From IMG/VR virus record IMGVR_UViG_3300042450_000799, positions 11,872-75,871 of that record: DNA of 64,000 nt. One strand, given 5' to 3'. The notes under the pieces are model-generated. The model was not told where the DNA came from. It made no database searches and saw only the letters and a list, made by a program, of their open reading frames with translations. The position numbers and the translations under genes are program-made. This DNA comes from a virus. This document shows positions 21,774 to 30,300 of this stretch, piece after piece. How positions within the stretch are numbered: position 1 is the stretch's first letter; each line of letters starts with the position of its first letter.

Positions 21774-22244
21774 TTAAGATAAGTATTCAACCTTTGTCGG
21801 AATTCCAAGATACTCATATGTTAAATTTTTCTCCGAAAAAATGTCAGTCAATTCCGAAAGTATACTTTTTATGTGCGGACGTATATCCACGGTGTATCTT
21901 ATCTTTGGCGGGAAGATTTTCGCATCCATCTGTCTATGACAAATTGTCATGTCCCCCTCCTTAATAAAAATGTTAAAATGTTCAGGCCCATCTGTATTTG
22001 AAGTTTCAATCATCATAGGATTCTGCTTAATTTCATAAGAATTATCCAATAAATAACTTATCGACTTCATCTTTAAAACCCCCTCCAACGTTCCCTTCAA
22101 ATCATAAAGATACTCATAAAATTCAAGCGAATTCTTAGCATCAGAATTATAATCCCTAACATTAAAAAATCTTTGGACAATAATATTGTCATTAACCATC
22201 ATCAAAAATTCTAGTTTGGTTGTTTCTTGTTCTTTCATAATCAT
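21774..22244 (-). CDS. Hypothetical protein in replication operon
   Basis: 156 aa ORF closely packed between exonuclease and helicase. Confidence 0.6.
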   Translation of the reverse strand: MIMKEQETTKLEFLMMVNDNIIVQRFFNVRDYNSDAKNSLEFYEYLYDLKGTLEGVLKMKSISYLLDNSYEIKQNPMMIETSNTDGPEHFNIFIKEGDMTICHRQMDAKIFPPKIRYTVDIRPHIKSILSELTDIFSEKNLTYEYLGIPTKVEYLS

Positions 22245-22246
22245 TG

Positions 22247-23254
22247 TTATTTTTGTTTAAATTTTTCTTTTTCTTTTCTTGTTAATTTTAAAAATGGGGT
22301 CAAGAAACTTACCCAATTATTATCCCCCTTAGGTAGATATTTAAAAAGACCATCCTCCATCATCATCTTAATAATGTTCCTATGCCCCCTACCATCAGGG
22401 TCTAAAGATTCTTTGTAATATAATTCAACGAGATCCCTACCTTCATCAGTAATAAGAGGGTTTGATAAATCAACCAATATTTTATTCGTTTCATAGAACT
22501 TTTCCCCGAAAATACCTTCTTTTGTTTTTCCACTTACCAGATTATTTAAGACAACACTCTTACTCTGTTCTTCTAATAATTTTTTACCTCTCAGTAAAAT
22601 ATCAGTGAAATTTATCTCCGAATCAAGTATTTCAGGAAATAATTTAATTAAAGTTTTTCCACCTAACAAACTAATACCATCAATATTGTCCGAAGTATCA
22701 CCCGCAAGAATTTTAAAGGTTTTAACATTATAATGAGGGATTGAACAATCTTTAAACCCAATATTATCTCCGAATCTATAATGTGTTTTAGAATTAGGAG
22801 AATAGACACTCACAGATTTTGAAATAAGTTGAGTTAAGTCTTTATCACTCGAAAATATGGTTTTCTCCTCATCTAAAGATATTTGACAGTAATAAGCTAT
22901 TAGATCATCCGCCTCTGAATTTTCAACCTCTAATTGTCGAATAAACATCTCCTCAAGATATTGTTTAACCCTAGATTTTTGTTTGTTAAATGAATCTGTC
23001 TTCACCTCACTATCAGGCGAAGATTTACGATTCATCTTGTACTTGGGGTAAATTAATTTTCTTTGGGTTGAACTAGTATCACTATCCCAAAAAACCATAA
23101 CTTTATTAAAATTAGTCTCTTCCAAAAACTTACGAATCGTATTAAGAAAATGCCAAATTCCACCAACATGATCAACTCCGTTATAAAAATCTTTTACCCC
23201 ATTAATTCCTATCTTCAATAGGTTGTTCCCGTCAATAACTAACGTTTTGGTCAT
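22247..23254 (-). CDS. 5'-3' exonuclease / flap endonuclease (T4 RNase H, PolI N-terminal-like)
   Basis: LVIDGNNL, YKMNR, EADDLIAY, SSDKDLTQL, GDTSDNIDGI motifs. Confidence 0.92.
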   Translation of the reverse strand: MTKTLVIDGNNLLKIGINGVKDFYNGVDHVGGIWHFLNTIRKFLEETNFNKVMVFWDSDTSSTQRKLIYPKYKMNRKSSPDSEVKTDSFNKQKSRVKQYLEEMFIRQLEVENSEADDLIAYYCQISLDEEKTIFSSDKDLTQLISKSVSVYSPNSKTHYRFGDNIGFKDCSIPHYNVKTFKILAGDTSDNIDGISLLGGKTLIKLFPEILDSEINFTDILLRGKKLLEEQSKSVVLNNLVSGKTKEGIFGEKFYETNKILVDLSNPLITDEGRDLVELYYKESLDPDGRGHRNIIKMMMEDGLFKYLPKGDNNWVSFLTPFLKLTRKEKEKFKQK

Positions 23255-23275
23255 TTGTGTTTTTTAGATTCGTTA

Positions 23276-23890
23276 CTATAAAATTTTGTTACTCTTTTTT
23301 AAATTGTCTTCAGCCCATAATGGTTGGAGATTTGTATAATGACACAACCGATAAAGGTCGTCTTCTGTTTTTGCCGATGATAAGGGAATAATATGATCAA
23401 TATGCCACTCAACCCTATTATCCCAACCCATACCATCAATAAATTGACTTTCTAAATGTTCCTTTAAAAATTCTGGTGAACAACCAACAATATCAAAGGT
23501 TTTTTGTGATCTATATTTTAAATATCGGTTAACCGAATTTCTCATATCAGTTTTAAGTTTAAACATGATATCTTCTTTTTTTCTTTTTTTCTGGTAGTTG
23601 TTAAAATATTCTCGATTATCACGATACCATTTTAATTTTCTTTCTTTTTCTGTTTCGTAATTAATAATATAATATTCTTCAAAGTATTTTTTATAATATT
23701 CTTGGTTTTCCTCATTCCATTTAGTGTTATATTCTTTAATTTTTCCTTTGTTTTCTATCCTATATTTTTTAGAATCAATCGTTTGGCATTCTCGACAATA
23801 ACTTCTAACACCACATTTAACTTTAGACATCTTATTAAAGTCTGTCAGTTTTTTTTCAACACCACATTTAGTACAAACTTTTGTCTCCAT
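23276..23890 (-). CDS. Zn-finger HNH endonuclease (cassette copy 1)
   Basis: CxxC...CxxC N-terminus, charged helical linker, WHIDHIIPLSS...CHYTNLQPLWAEDNLKK. Confidence 0.85.
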   Translation of the reverse strand: METKVCTKCGVEKKLTDFNKMSKVKCGVRSYCRECQTIDSKKYRIENKGKIKEYNTKWNEENQEYYKKYFEEYYIINYETEKERKLKWYRDNREYFNNYQKKRKKEDIMFKLKTDMRNSVNRYLKYRSQKTFDIVGCSPEFLKEHLESQFIDGMGWDNRVEWHIDHIIPLSSAKTEDDLYRLCHYTNLQPLWAEDNLKKSNKIL

Positions 23891-24032
23891 TTCTAATATA
23901 CTCTTTTAATAGTTTATTAACAAGAGAAGATAAGTTTATAGATTTATCCTTAAAGTATTGTGGTAACTCGGGATCAATAGACACCGCCAATTTTACTTTC
24001 TTTTTTTCTTCTTCAACCTTTCTTCTCCCCAT
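23868..24032 (-). CDS. CcdA/CopG-like ribbon-helix-helix protein (cassette copy 1)
   Basis: 54 aa MGRRKVEEEKKKVKLAVSIDPEL...INLSSLVNKLLKEY; ATG at 24032 lies 4 nt after TATTTAT; paralog at 55566-55727. Confidence 0.75.
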   Translation of the reverse strand: MGRRKVEEEKKKVKLAVSIDPELPQYFKDKSINLSSLVNKLLKEYIRNGDKSLY

Positions 24033-24081
24033 ATTAATAAATATCACCAAATAACTAAAAAGTATAATTATTTATATTTTA

Positions 24082-25065
24082 TTATTCGTCAATGTCGTCA
24101 TCAGATTCCTCCAAAGAATAATTAGAACCTCCCAATTTTGTTTCCCAATAATCCGAATATTCTTTTTTATAGTTATCCAAAGATTCTTTTGTGTCAGTAA
24201 TATACCCTTGTGGTACCGCAATGAGCTTACCGTCTTTATATCCAAGACCATTAACGTGATTCTTTAATATCGATATCTTTGTTCTAATTGCGAACGACAC
24301 CTTTCTACCGTTTTTAGTAGCGTCAATATGACTAATACCAGCTTTCTTCTGATTACCAAATAAAAACACCAATGACGACGCTAACCATATTGCCGTTCCT
24401 CCTTTGGCACGAATTTCAGGTTGCCCAAATGGATTGTCAGGTAACTCAACCCAAGGCTGATTTAATATCACTAAAGTGTTGTAATAAGGGTATTCTTCTT
24501 TTTTAGATTTTGATATTCTCGAATGAATACCCATACCAATTTTATCGGCTAAAACTTTAGCGGTGTGCATGCCTCCACCCTTACCGTCGAATGTCATCTG
24601 ACATGGTATGGATCCGATTGAATCCCAAAGAAATAATAAACTATGAGGGATGTCACCTTTCTCTTGAGCATCCAAAATATTATTAACGAATTCAGTCGCT
24701 TGTTCTACTGTGTCAAATGAATCATTAAAGATGAAATGTCCATCCCATTCCCCATCTTCATTTTTTTCAGCTTGCAATCCTAACTCAACTGAGTGTTCCC
24801 ATGACCATTTTTTCTCCGTTATAATAAGAACGGGTAAATGTCCCCTTCTTTGTGCGTCAGCCGCCGCCAATATCATCGCTGTTGTTTTAGATGTGTTAGA
24901 ATGTCCTAAAAACATATTGATCCCCCCCATTACGGGTCCTGGTAATCCTGTCGCTCCCATAAATGCTTCGCCACAATTATAAAAACTTTCTGGTTTATAT
25001 TTTGTTTTAGTTGAGAATTTACCCTTGATTGCATCCAAAGACACTTCTTTCTTTTTTATTGCCAT
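24082..25065 (-). CDS. RecA/UvsX-like recombinase
   Basis: P-loop-like GHSNTSKTT, Walker B LFLWDSIGS, ILNQ, KGGTAI, KNHV; beside ssb. Confidence 0.8.
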   Translation of the reverse strand: MAIKKKEVSLDAIKGKFSTKTKYKPESFYNCGEAFMGATGLPGPVMGGINMFLGHSNTSKTTAMILAAADAQRRGHLPVLIITEKKWSWEHSVELGLQAEKNEDGEWDGHFIFNDSFDTVEQATEFVNNILDAQEKGDIPHSLLFLWDSIGSIPCQMTFDGKGGGMHTAKVLADKIGMGIHSRISKSKKEEYPYYNTLVILNQPWVELPDNPFGQPEIRAKGGTAIWLASSLVFLFGNQKKAGISHIDATKNGRKVSFAIRTKISILKNHVNGLGYKDGKLIAVPQGYITDTKESLDNYKKEYSDYWETKLGGSNYSLEESDDDIDE

Positions 25066-25138
25066 CTTTACCTTTTTTTTGTTTTTTTAATATCTTTCTA
25101 CATGTCTTCCGTTAAGGAGATAGTATTTGATTTTTTGG

Positions 25139-25360
25139 TCATATAATATTATACTTGTAAATGGTTTCCAACATTTCAAGTTTGTCTTTAGCGTTTGTCA
25201 TTTTTTCAACATATTTATCCATTTCCTCTAAGTGTTGTGGATGTTCTCCAATACCAACAGAATTATTAAAATAGATTAGTAGTGTTGCTTCTGATTCCGC
25301 CATCTCTGACCTATATCTCAAGGTTAGAGCTTCATACATTTTTTCTGATATCTTATTCAT
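25139..25360 (-). CDS. Small conserved phage protein
   Basis: 73 aa helical protein with a VGIGEHP motif of the kind seen in T4-like phage hypotheticals. Confidence 0.6.
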   Translation of the reverse strand: MNKISEKMYEALTLRYRSEMAESEATLLIYFNNSVGIGEHPQHLEEMDKYVEKMTNAKDKLEMLETIYKYNII

Positions 25361-25387
25361 ATATTATTTTTTAATGTTAAAGAATAA

Positions 25388-25414
25388 GAACTTGGCGGTT
25401 ATATCGCCAAGTTC
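25388..25414 (-). terminator. Hairpin/terminator downstream of ssb
   Basis: GAACTTGGCG-7 nt-CGCCAAGTTC perfect 10-bp stem. Confidence 0.6.
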
Positions 25415-25420
25415 AATAAG

Positions 25421-26284
25421 TTAAAATGGTAATTCTTCGTCAGGTTGGTCATTAGCTTGTGAATCATGAACTAATTGTGGTTCAGGAGTGCTACCCCCCA
25501 TAGAAATTTCCGATGAATCAGAGTTTCCATATGCGTACCCACCTTTTTCACTATCCCAACGTGGAGTTTCTCCTCGTGCGATTGCTTCAAGATACTCAGT
25601 TGGTTTCTTAGAATAAACATCTGACCAATTAAGTTCATCGTTAATCCAAGATTTTGCTGTGTCAGCATCTTCATGAACAGTCCCAGCATCTTCATACATA
25701 ACTGTCTGAATAACTGTGTAAACAGCTCCTTTAGGAGTTTTAGCTTTAGTTAATTCAAGGATAATGTCACGACCCGTTGTAGGATCTGTAATGTCACCTT
25801 TAGCTCTCCAAATAGGAATGATTTTGTCAAGGATTCCCTCGTTTTTGTAATTGTGTTTAAAACGCCAGAATTTAACACCATCCGATTCATTGTCACGATC
25901 AATTACTTTTACGATGTAAAACTTACGAGGTTTGTATTGTTTAGCAAGTTCTTTATCAGAATCTCTACCTGTTGCCATAAGTTCTTCAGCAACTTCACTC
26001 AAAGGTGAACGTTCGTTATCGTTTTTTCCTGGATCGAATAACTTCACCCATTTTCCGTCAATTTGGATCTCGTGGAACCATACTTCTTTAAAAGGCGAAG
26101 AACCATCTGTTGTTGGTAAGATTCTTAATCTTTTTTGTCCTTGTTTCTCGTTATCCTTAAGGATTGCCGCGAAATACTTTTTCATTCGATCTTCTTGAGA
26201 TACCTTAGAAGTGGAAGTATAACCACCTTGTTTTGATTGTTCGTACTGTGCTAGTACTGAGTCTAGGGAATTGTTTGTCGCCAT
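25421..26284 (-). CDS. Single-stranded DNA-binding protein (T4 gp32-like)
   Basis: RLRILP...PFKEVWFH, GDITDPTTGRDIIL, acidic C-terminal tail DEELPF. Confidence 0.85.
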   Translation of the reverse strand: MATNNSLDSVLAQYEQSKQGGYTSTSKVSQEDRMKKYFAAILKDNEKQGQKRLRILPTTDGSSPFKEVWFHEIQIDGKWVKLFDPGKNDNERSPLSEVAEELMATGRDSDKELAKQYKPRKFYIVKVIDRDNESDGVKFWRFKHNYKNEGILDKIIPIWRAKGDITDPTTGRDIILELTKAKTPKGAVYTVIQTVMYEDAGTVHEDADTAKSWINDELNWSDVYSKKPTEYLEAIARGETPRWDSEKGGYAYGNSDSSEISMGGSTPEPQLVHDSQANDQPDEELPF

Positions 26285-26310
26285 ATAAATTAAGTTTTAA
26301 TTGTTTAAAA

Positions 26311-26339
26311 AGTATAAGTGTCAGCCGTTGGTTTGTCAA
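26311..26339 (-). promoter_or_regulatory. Sigma70-type promoter for the ssb-recA replication operon
   Basis: Minus strand reads TTGACA-17 nt-TATACT, 26 nt upstream of the ssb ATG. Confidence 0.75.
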
Positions 26340-26351
26340 ATAATTTTAAAT

Positions 26352-26379
26352 AAAAAACGGTCATTTAAGACCGTTTTTT
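26352..26379. terminator. Intrinsic terminator (potentially bidirectional)
   Basis: AAAAAACGGTC-ATTTAA-GACCGTTTTTT. Confidence 0.8.
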
Positions 26380-26382
26380 ATT

Positions 26383-27072
26383 TTATTTTAATCTTGTAAA
26401 AGGATTAGTATCTTCATCATCGTTTCCGAAATCTTTAAAACTTTTTTTAATGTCTCCCGGGGAATATGCTTCAACATCATCTTGAGTTAAAATATACTCA
26501 TTTTTTCCTGATTTTTCCATATCATCCTGTTTATCATCAAAGAAGTCGCTTAATTTTTGATTGAATGGGCCTGAATCTAAACTTCTTAATTCCAATTTTT
26601 CTTCAGGTGTTTTTACTCTATATTTATCAACCTTAGTTTCAAGGTCGTTTAATTTAGCCATAATTGAGTCCATATCAGAAAGTTTACTTTCTAATCCTTC
26701 AAGGTGTTTAAACAAATTATTAAAATACTCTTCTTGTTTTTTCTCAACGTTTTGTTGTGACTTAACTAAGTCGGTTATCTCAAGTTCTTTTTTATCACTA
26801 TCATCTTTCCCAATTTTTTCAACATCAGGGTCAGTTGTGATATCAACAGGTTCTGGTGGCATTCCTGCCTCAGGAGCTGGAGGTGGTGGTACTGCACCAT
26901 CATCAGGTGGTAACATTGCTCCAGTATCAGGTGGTAACATTGCTCCAGCATCAGGTGGTGGTACTGCACCAGCATCAGGTGGTGGTGGTAATTCGGCTTC
27001 TTGTTCATTAATATAATTATTTATGTCCTTATACCTCATTATCTCATTTAATATTTTTACGTCCATTCTCAT
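26383..27072 (-). CDS. Acidic Pro-rich coiled-coil protein (possible scaffold/internal head protein)
   Basis: 229 aa with PPPDAGA repeats followed by a coiled coil; downstream of a TATTTAT-led gene. Confidence 0.55.
   Translation of the reverse strand: MRMDVKILNEIMRYKDINNYINEQEAELPPPPDAGAVPPPDAGAMLPPDTGAMLPPDDGAVPPPPAPEAGMPPEPVDITTDPDVEKIGKDDSDKKELEITDLVKSQQNVEKKQEEYFNNLFKHLEGLESKLSDMDSIMAKLNDLETKVDKYRVKTPEEKLELRSLDSGPFNQKLSDFFDDKQDDMEKSGKNEYILTQDDVEAYSPGDIKKSFKDFGNDDEDTNPFTRLK
26882..26990 (-). repeat. Coding 24-nt tandem repeat (PPPDAGAV/LPPDTGAM, about 4 copies)
   Basis: Repeated ...atcaggtggt... units with 24-nt period. Confidence 0.8.
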
Positions 27073-27076
27073 CTTA

Positions 27077-27301
27077 CTATCCGTTTAATAATTGTTTAAC
27101 CCCAGTGGTTGTCTCAACTTGGATTTTTTTATTTTTAGACATGGTATTGTCCACTCTTTCGATTAAACCATCTTTCATTCTGATTGTATAACAATCACCT
27201 GTGTCCAAATCACAAACTTGCTTATTACCGTCACCTAAATCTTTTTCAGTGTGTCGAGTATTTTTACCTAAGTAGTTGTCTAATATTAATTTTGTATTCA
27301 T
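27077..27301 (-). CDS. Small late hypothetical protein
   Basis: 74 aa with VCDLDTGDC; TATTTAT motif upstream at 27317-27323. Confidence 0.6.
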   Translation of the reverse strand: MNTKLILDNYLGKNTRHTEKDLGDGNKQVCDLDTGDCYTIRMKDGLIERVDNTMSKNKKIQVETTTGVKQLLNG

Positions 27302-27359
27302 AACTAATGTTTCTATATAAATATATCAAAAAAGATAAAATTTTATTTATAACTTACTT

Positions 27360-30300
27360 TTATGGTGTTGTCGTGGTTGTTGTTGTTGGAACCGCATTCC
27401 AAATATCAATAGATTTTTTTACTTTATCCTCAATGGATGTTAATTGTGTTGACCCCATTCCAGTATAAACATTGTCTGGAAGAATATTGGCACCCATATT
27501 TAATATCCAAAATTTAGCAATATCTTTTTCCGATGAACTAGCAACATTAAACATTCTATTATTCCATCTTTCTAAAAGGAGTTTAATCGTATTAGCTAAA
27601 TCATCAAATACCGCATAAGGTAACATTGTTGTTTCAGATTTTAAACAAAAAAACTGTTTATTTGAATTGAACTGTGAGGATGACCCTTCACCCCAAAAAT
27701 TAGATAAATCAATACCAGCAAAGTTATATTCATAAGCTTCTAACCCTGTGGATGTCCCTGATTCTAAATATAAAGCCGCAAATACTGCGTATTTTAGTTT
27801 TCCATCGTCTGGAATACCACCAGATGCCATTAAATTTTTTATCATCTTTTTAGCCTCAGTAAATGTTACCTTACGATTTGTTGGTGTTATCGCCACATAA
27901 CCCGAGTATTTTGAATTTGGTACACAAGTTTGAGGCTCCACTAATTCTTTACCCCCATTAGCATTTGACACAACTTTATCTTTTTGGGAAATCACATTTC
28001 CTTTAGCATCTTTAGTTTTTTTAGTTTCTTTATTTTTCTTAATAATTGTTTGTAGTAGGTTAGTTCTAAGAGACTGTAAGTAAGCATCAACTTTAGGTAA
28101 GGCAACAACTGGTTGTCTAACACCTGTTATATATGTATCAAAATTCCCCGGAGTGATATAATGATCAACACTTAATATCATATAAGGCCCACTAAACATT
28201 GGCACATTTCTCAAATTAAAATACATCGTTGGTTGCATCATCGCATTTCCCATCATATTTATCTGACAACTATAACTTCTATTTTTATAAAGATTATATA
28301 ACGAAGTATTTTGAGTACTCTCTTTTCTCGCACCTCCTGAGTTCGCAAGTTGATTCAACACTTCAAGACCTTCAGCGGTTGCTAACCCAGCACTTTGGTC
28401 AACTTGGAAACTTTTAAATATTTGTTGATTTTGAGGCCCAATATCAACATTAAACCCGACCACTTTATTTGATAACGCCCAATCTTTTTTACCGACCTGA
28501 TTTTCCACTAATGGATTATCACTAGCTCTACGTAAATCAAACGCATCATTTCTATAACGATAATCAACATTGTTTTTCATTTCTAATTGTCCACTTGGTT
28601 TTCCAGCATATAAACAAACTAATTTTGATGTCGAATCTCTATAATCAACATCTAAAAATGTACCAAATAATGTATTAGCAAATTCCGCAGTACCTTCTAT
28701 TTTTGGTGTTGGATTTTTCACAGCGTCTTGTACGTTATAAAAATTAACATAAGATGGTATATTCATCACAACAAAATGGTTATCTGTTAAAATACTTTGA
28801 GCTACCGTTAACATTGACATTTTAGCATTTGTATTCATTAACCTGTCTTTTAATTGGTAAACATCCACTAAAATTTTATCACCAATATCACGACTTGCCC
28901 TATCTAATAGTAACACATCTTCAAATAATGTTTTAGTTTTAAAATCATACCCAGAAACCCACTTATCATTTAAAGCCTTGAATGTTTCCCATAATTCAAC
29001 TTTAGTTTGATCCCCTTCTAAATCAGAATCAACTTGACCTTCAGCTCCAATTGTTGTTGTTGGTAACGAGGCTTGTAATTTAGGCATTAAACTATCAATA
29101 ATCTTATTTTGGAATGAATCGATATCTAAAAGATAATTAGTCATAGCCTGATAGAAAGCCCCTTTACCTTCATTACTTCCCGGGTTTGGTACTAGTGGGT
29201 ACTCATCTTGAGGGACAAATACCGTATTTACAATATATTGTGGTTGTGTTGGGGTAGTCGCCAATGAACCAAAAACCGCAATAATCGCCTCATCAATTAA
29301 TGATTGCGTAATACCAGTCGTTGGTGGCCCACCTAATGGTAACCCTTCATACAATATAATACCCGCACTATTCGATAAGTAAGCAGTTTTTTGAGAACCA
29401 ACTTTCCTAACCGTAACAGTATCCCCACTTAAAAGAGATGTTGTGGAAATCACCTGACTTGGTGATGTTATCGGAGCGTCGGGTGGAAGAATTGGGTTAC
29501 TTTGGAATTGGTTTAATTTTTGGGTTGCATATATTTTAATAACTGTTGCGAATAATTTAATATTGTCCACAGTAAAGGCGACATTCAAATCAACAAAGAA
29601 ATCTGTAATATAAGAACCATTGTCACCATAAACTAATTCAGGTATTTCTGAGAATCCAACATATGTATATAAACTTGCCCATTCATTAGGATAGTTTATT
29701 TTAGATGTAGCAAATGAAACCCCACCACCATTAGTTGGTACAGCATTAGGTGTCATAACCGTATAATCCTCCCATGTGTAAGGATCGACTAATTGTAATG
29801 TTGAAAACGTGTAGAATAAACGTTTATCATATAACGATGGGTTCCCATATTTAAAAACAACATCATAATTTAAAAATTGTCTTAAAATATTAGTCACATT
29901 AGTTGTTTGATAATCTTGGATTTCACCAATAACGATTGACCCCGTATCACCTGTTATTTTTGGAACTTTTAATAAACTTCTAAATAACATTTGAAAGTTT
30001 TTAAAAGTTTGTTCAGTTTCTGTCCCCGAATCTCCAGTTGACCCTGGTGTATAATCATACATAGATCTTGAGAAATTTAAAAATTCCGTTTCAAACCCAT
30101 CTAATACTTCTTTTTCAAAAACAGATAATACCTCACTCATTTTTGTATAATCACTTGCCACCCCATTAATCGAGAAATTTTCCTGTTGACTTTGTCCTGA
30201 AAAAATATGTTTCATATACTCAAATGGTGATGGTTTCGTAACCTTTGAATTATCATAGTACCCATAGTTTGGTGCCGACCAAAATAATCTAACAGACCCA

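Noticed and set aside
26561-27016. Antisense and alternate-frame ORFs in the track (e.g. 26561-27016, 50601-51116, 57202-57612, 10842-11342)
   Set aside because: Shadows of well-supported genes, with no recognisable motifs or expression signals.
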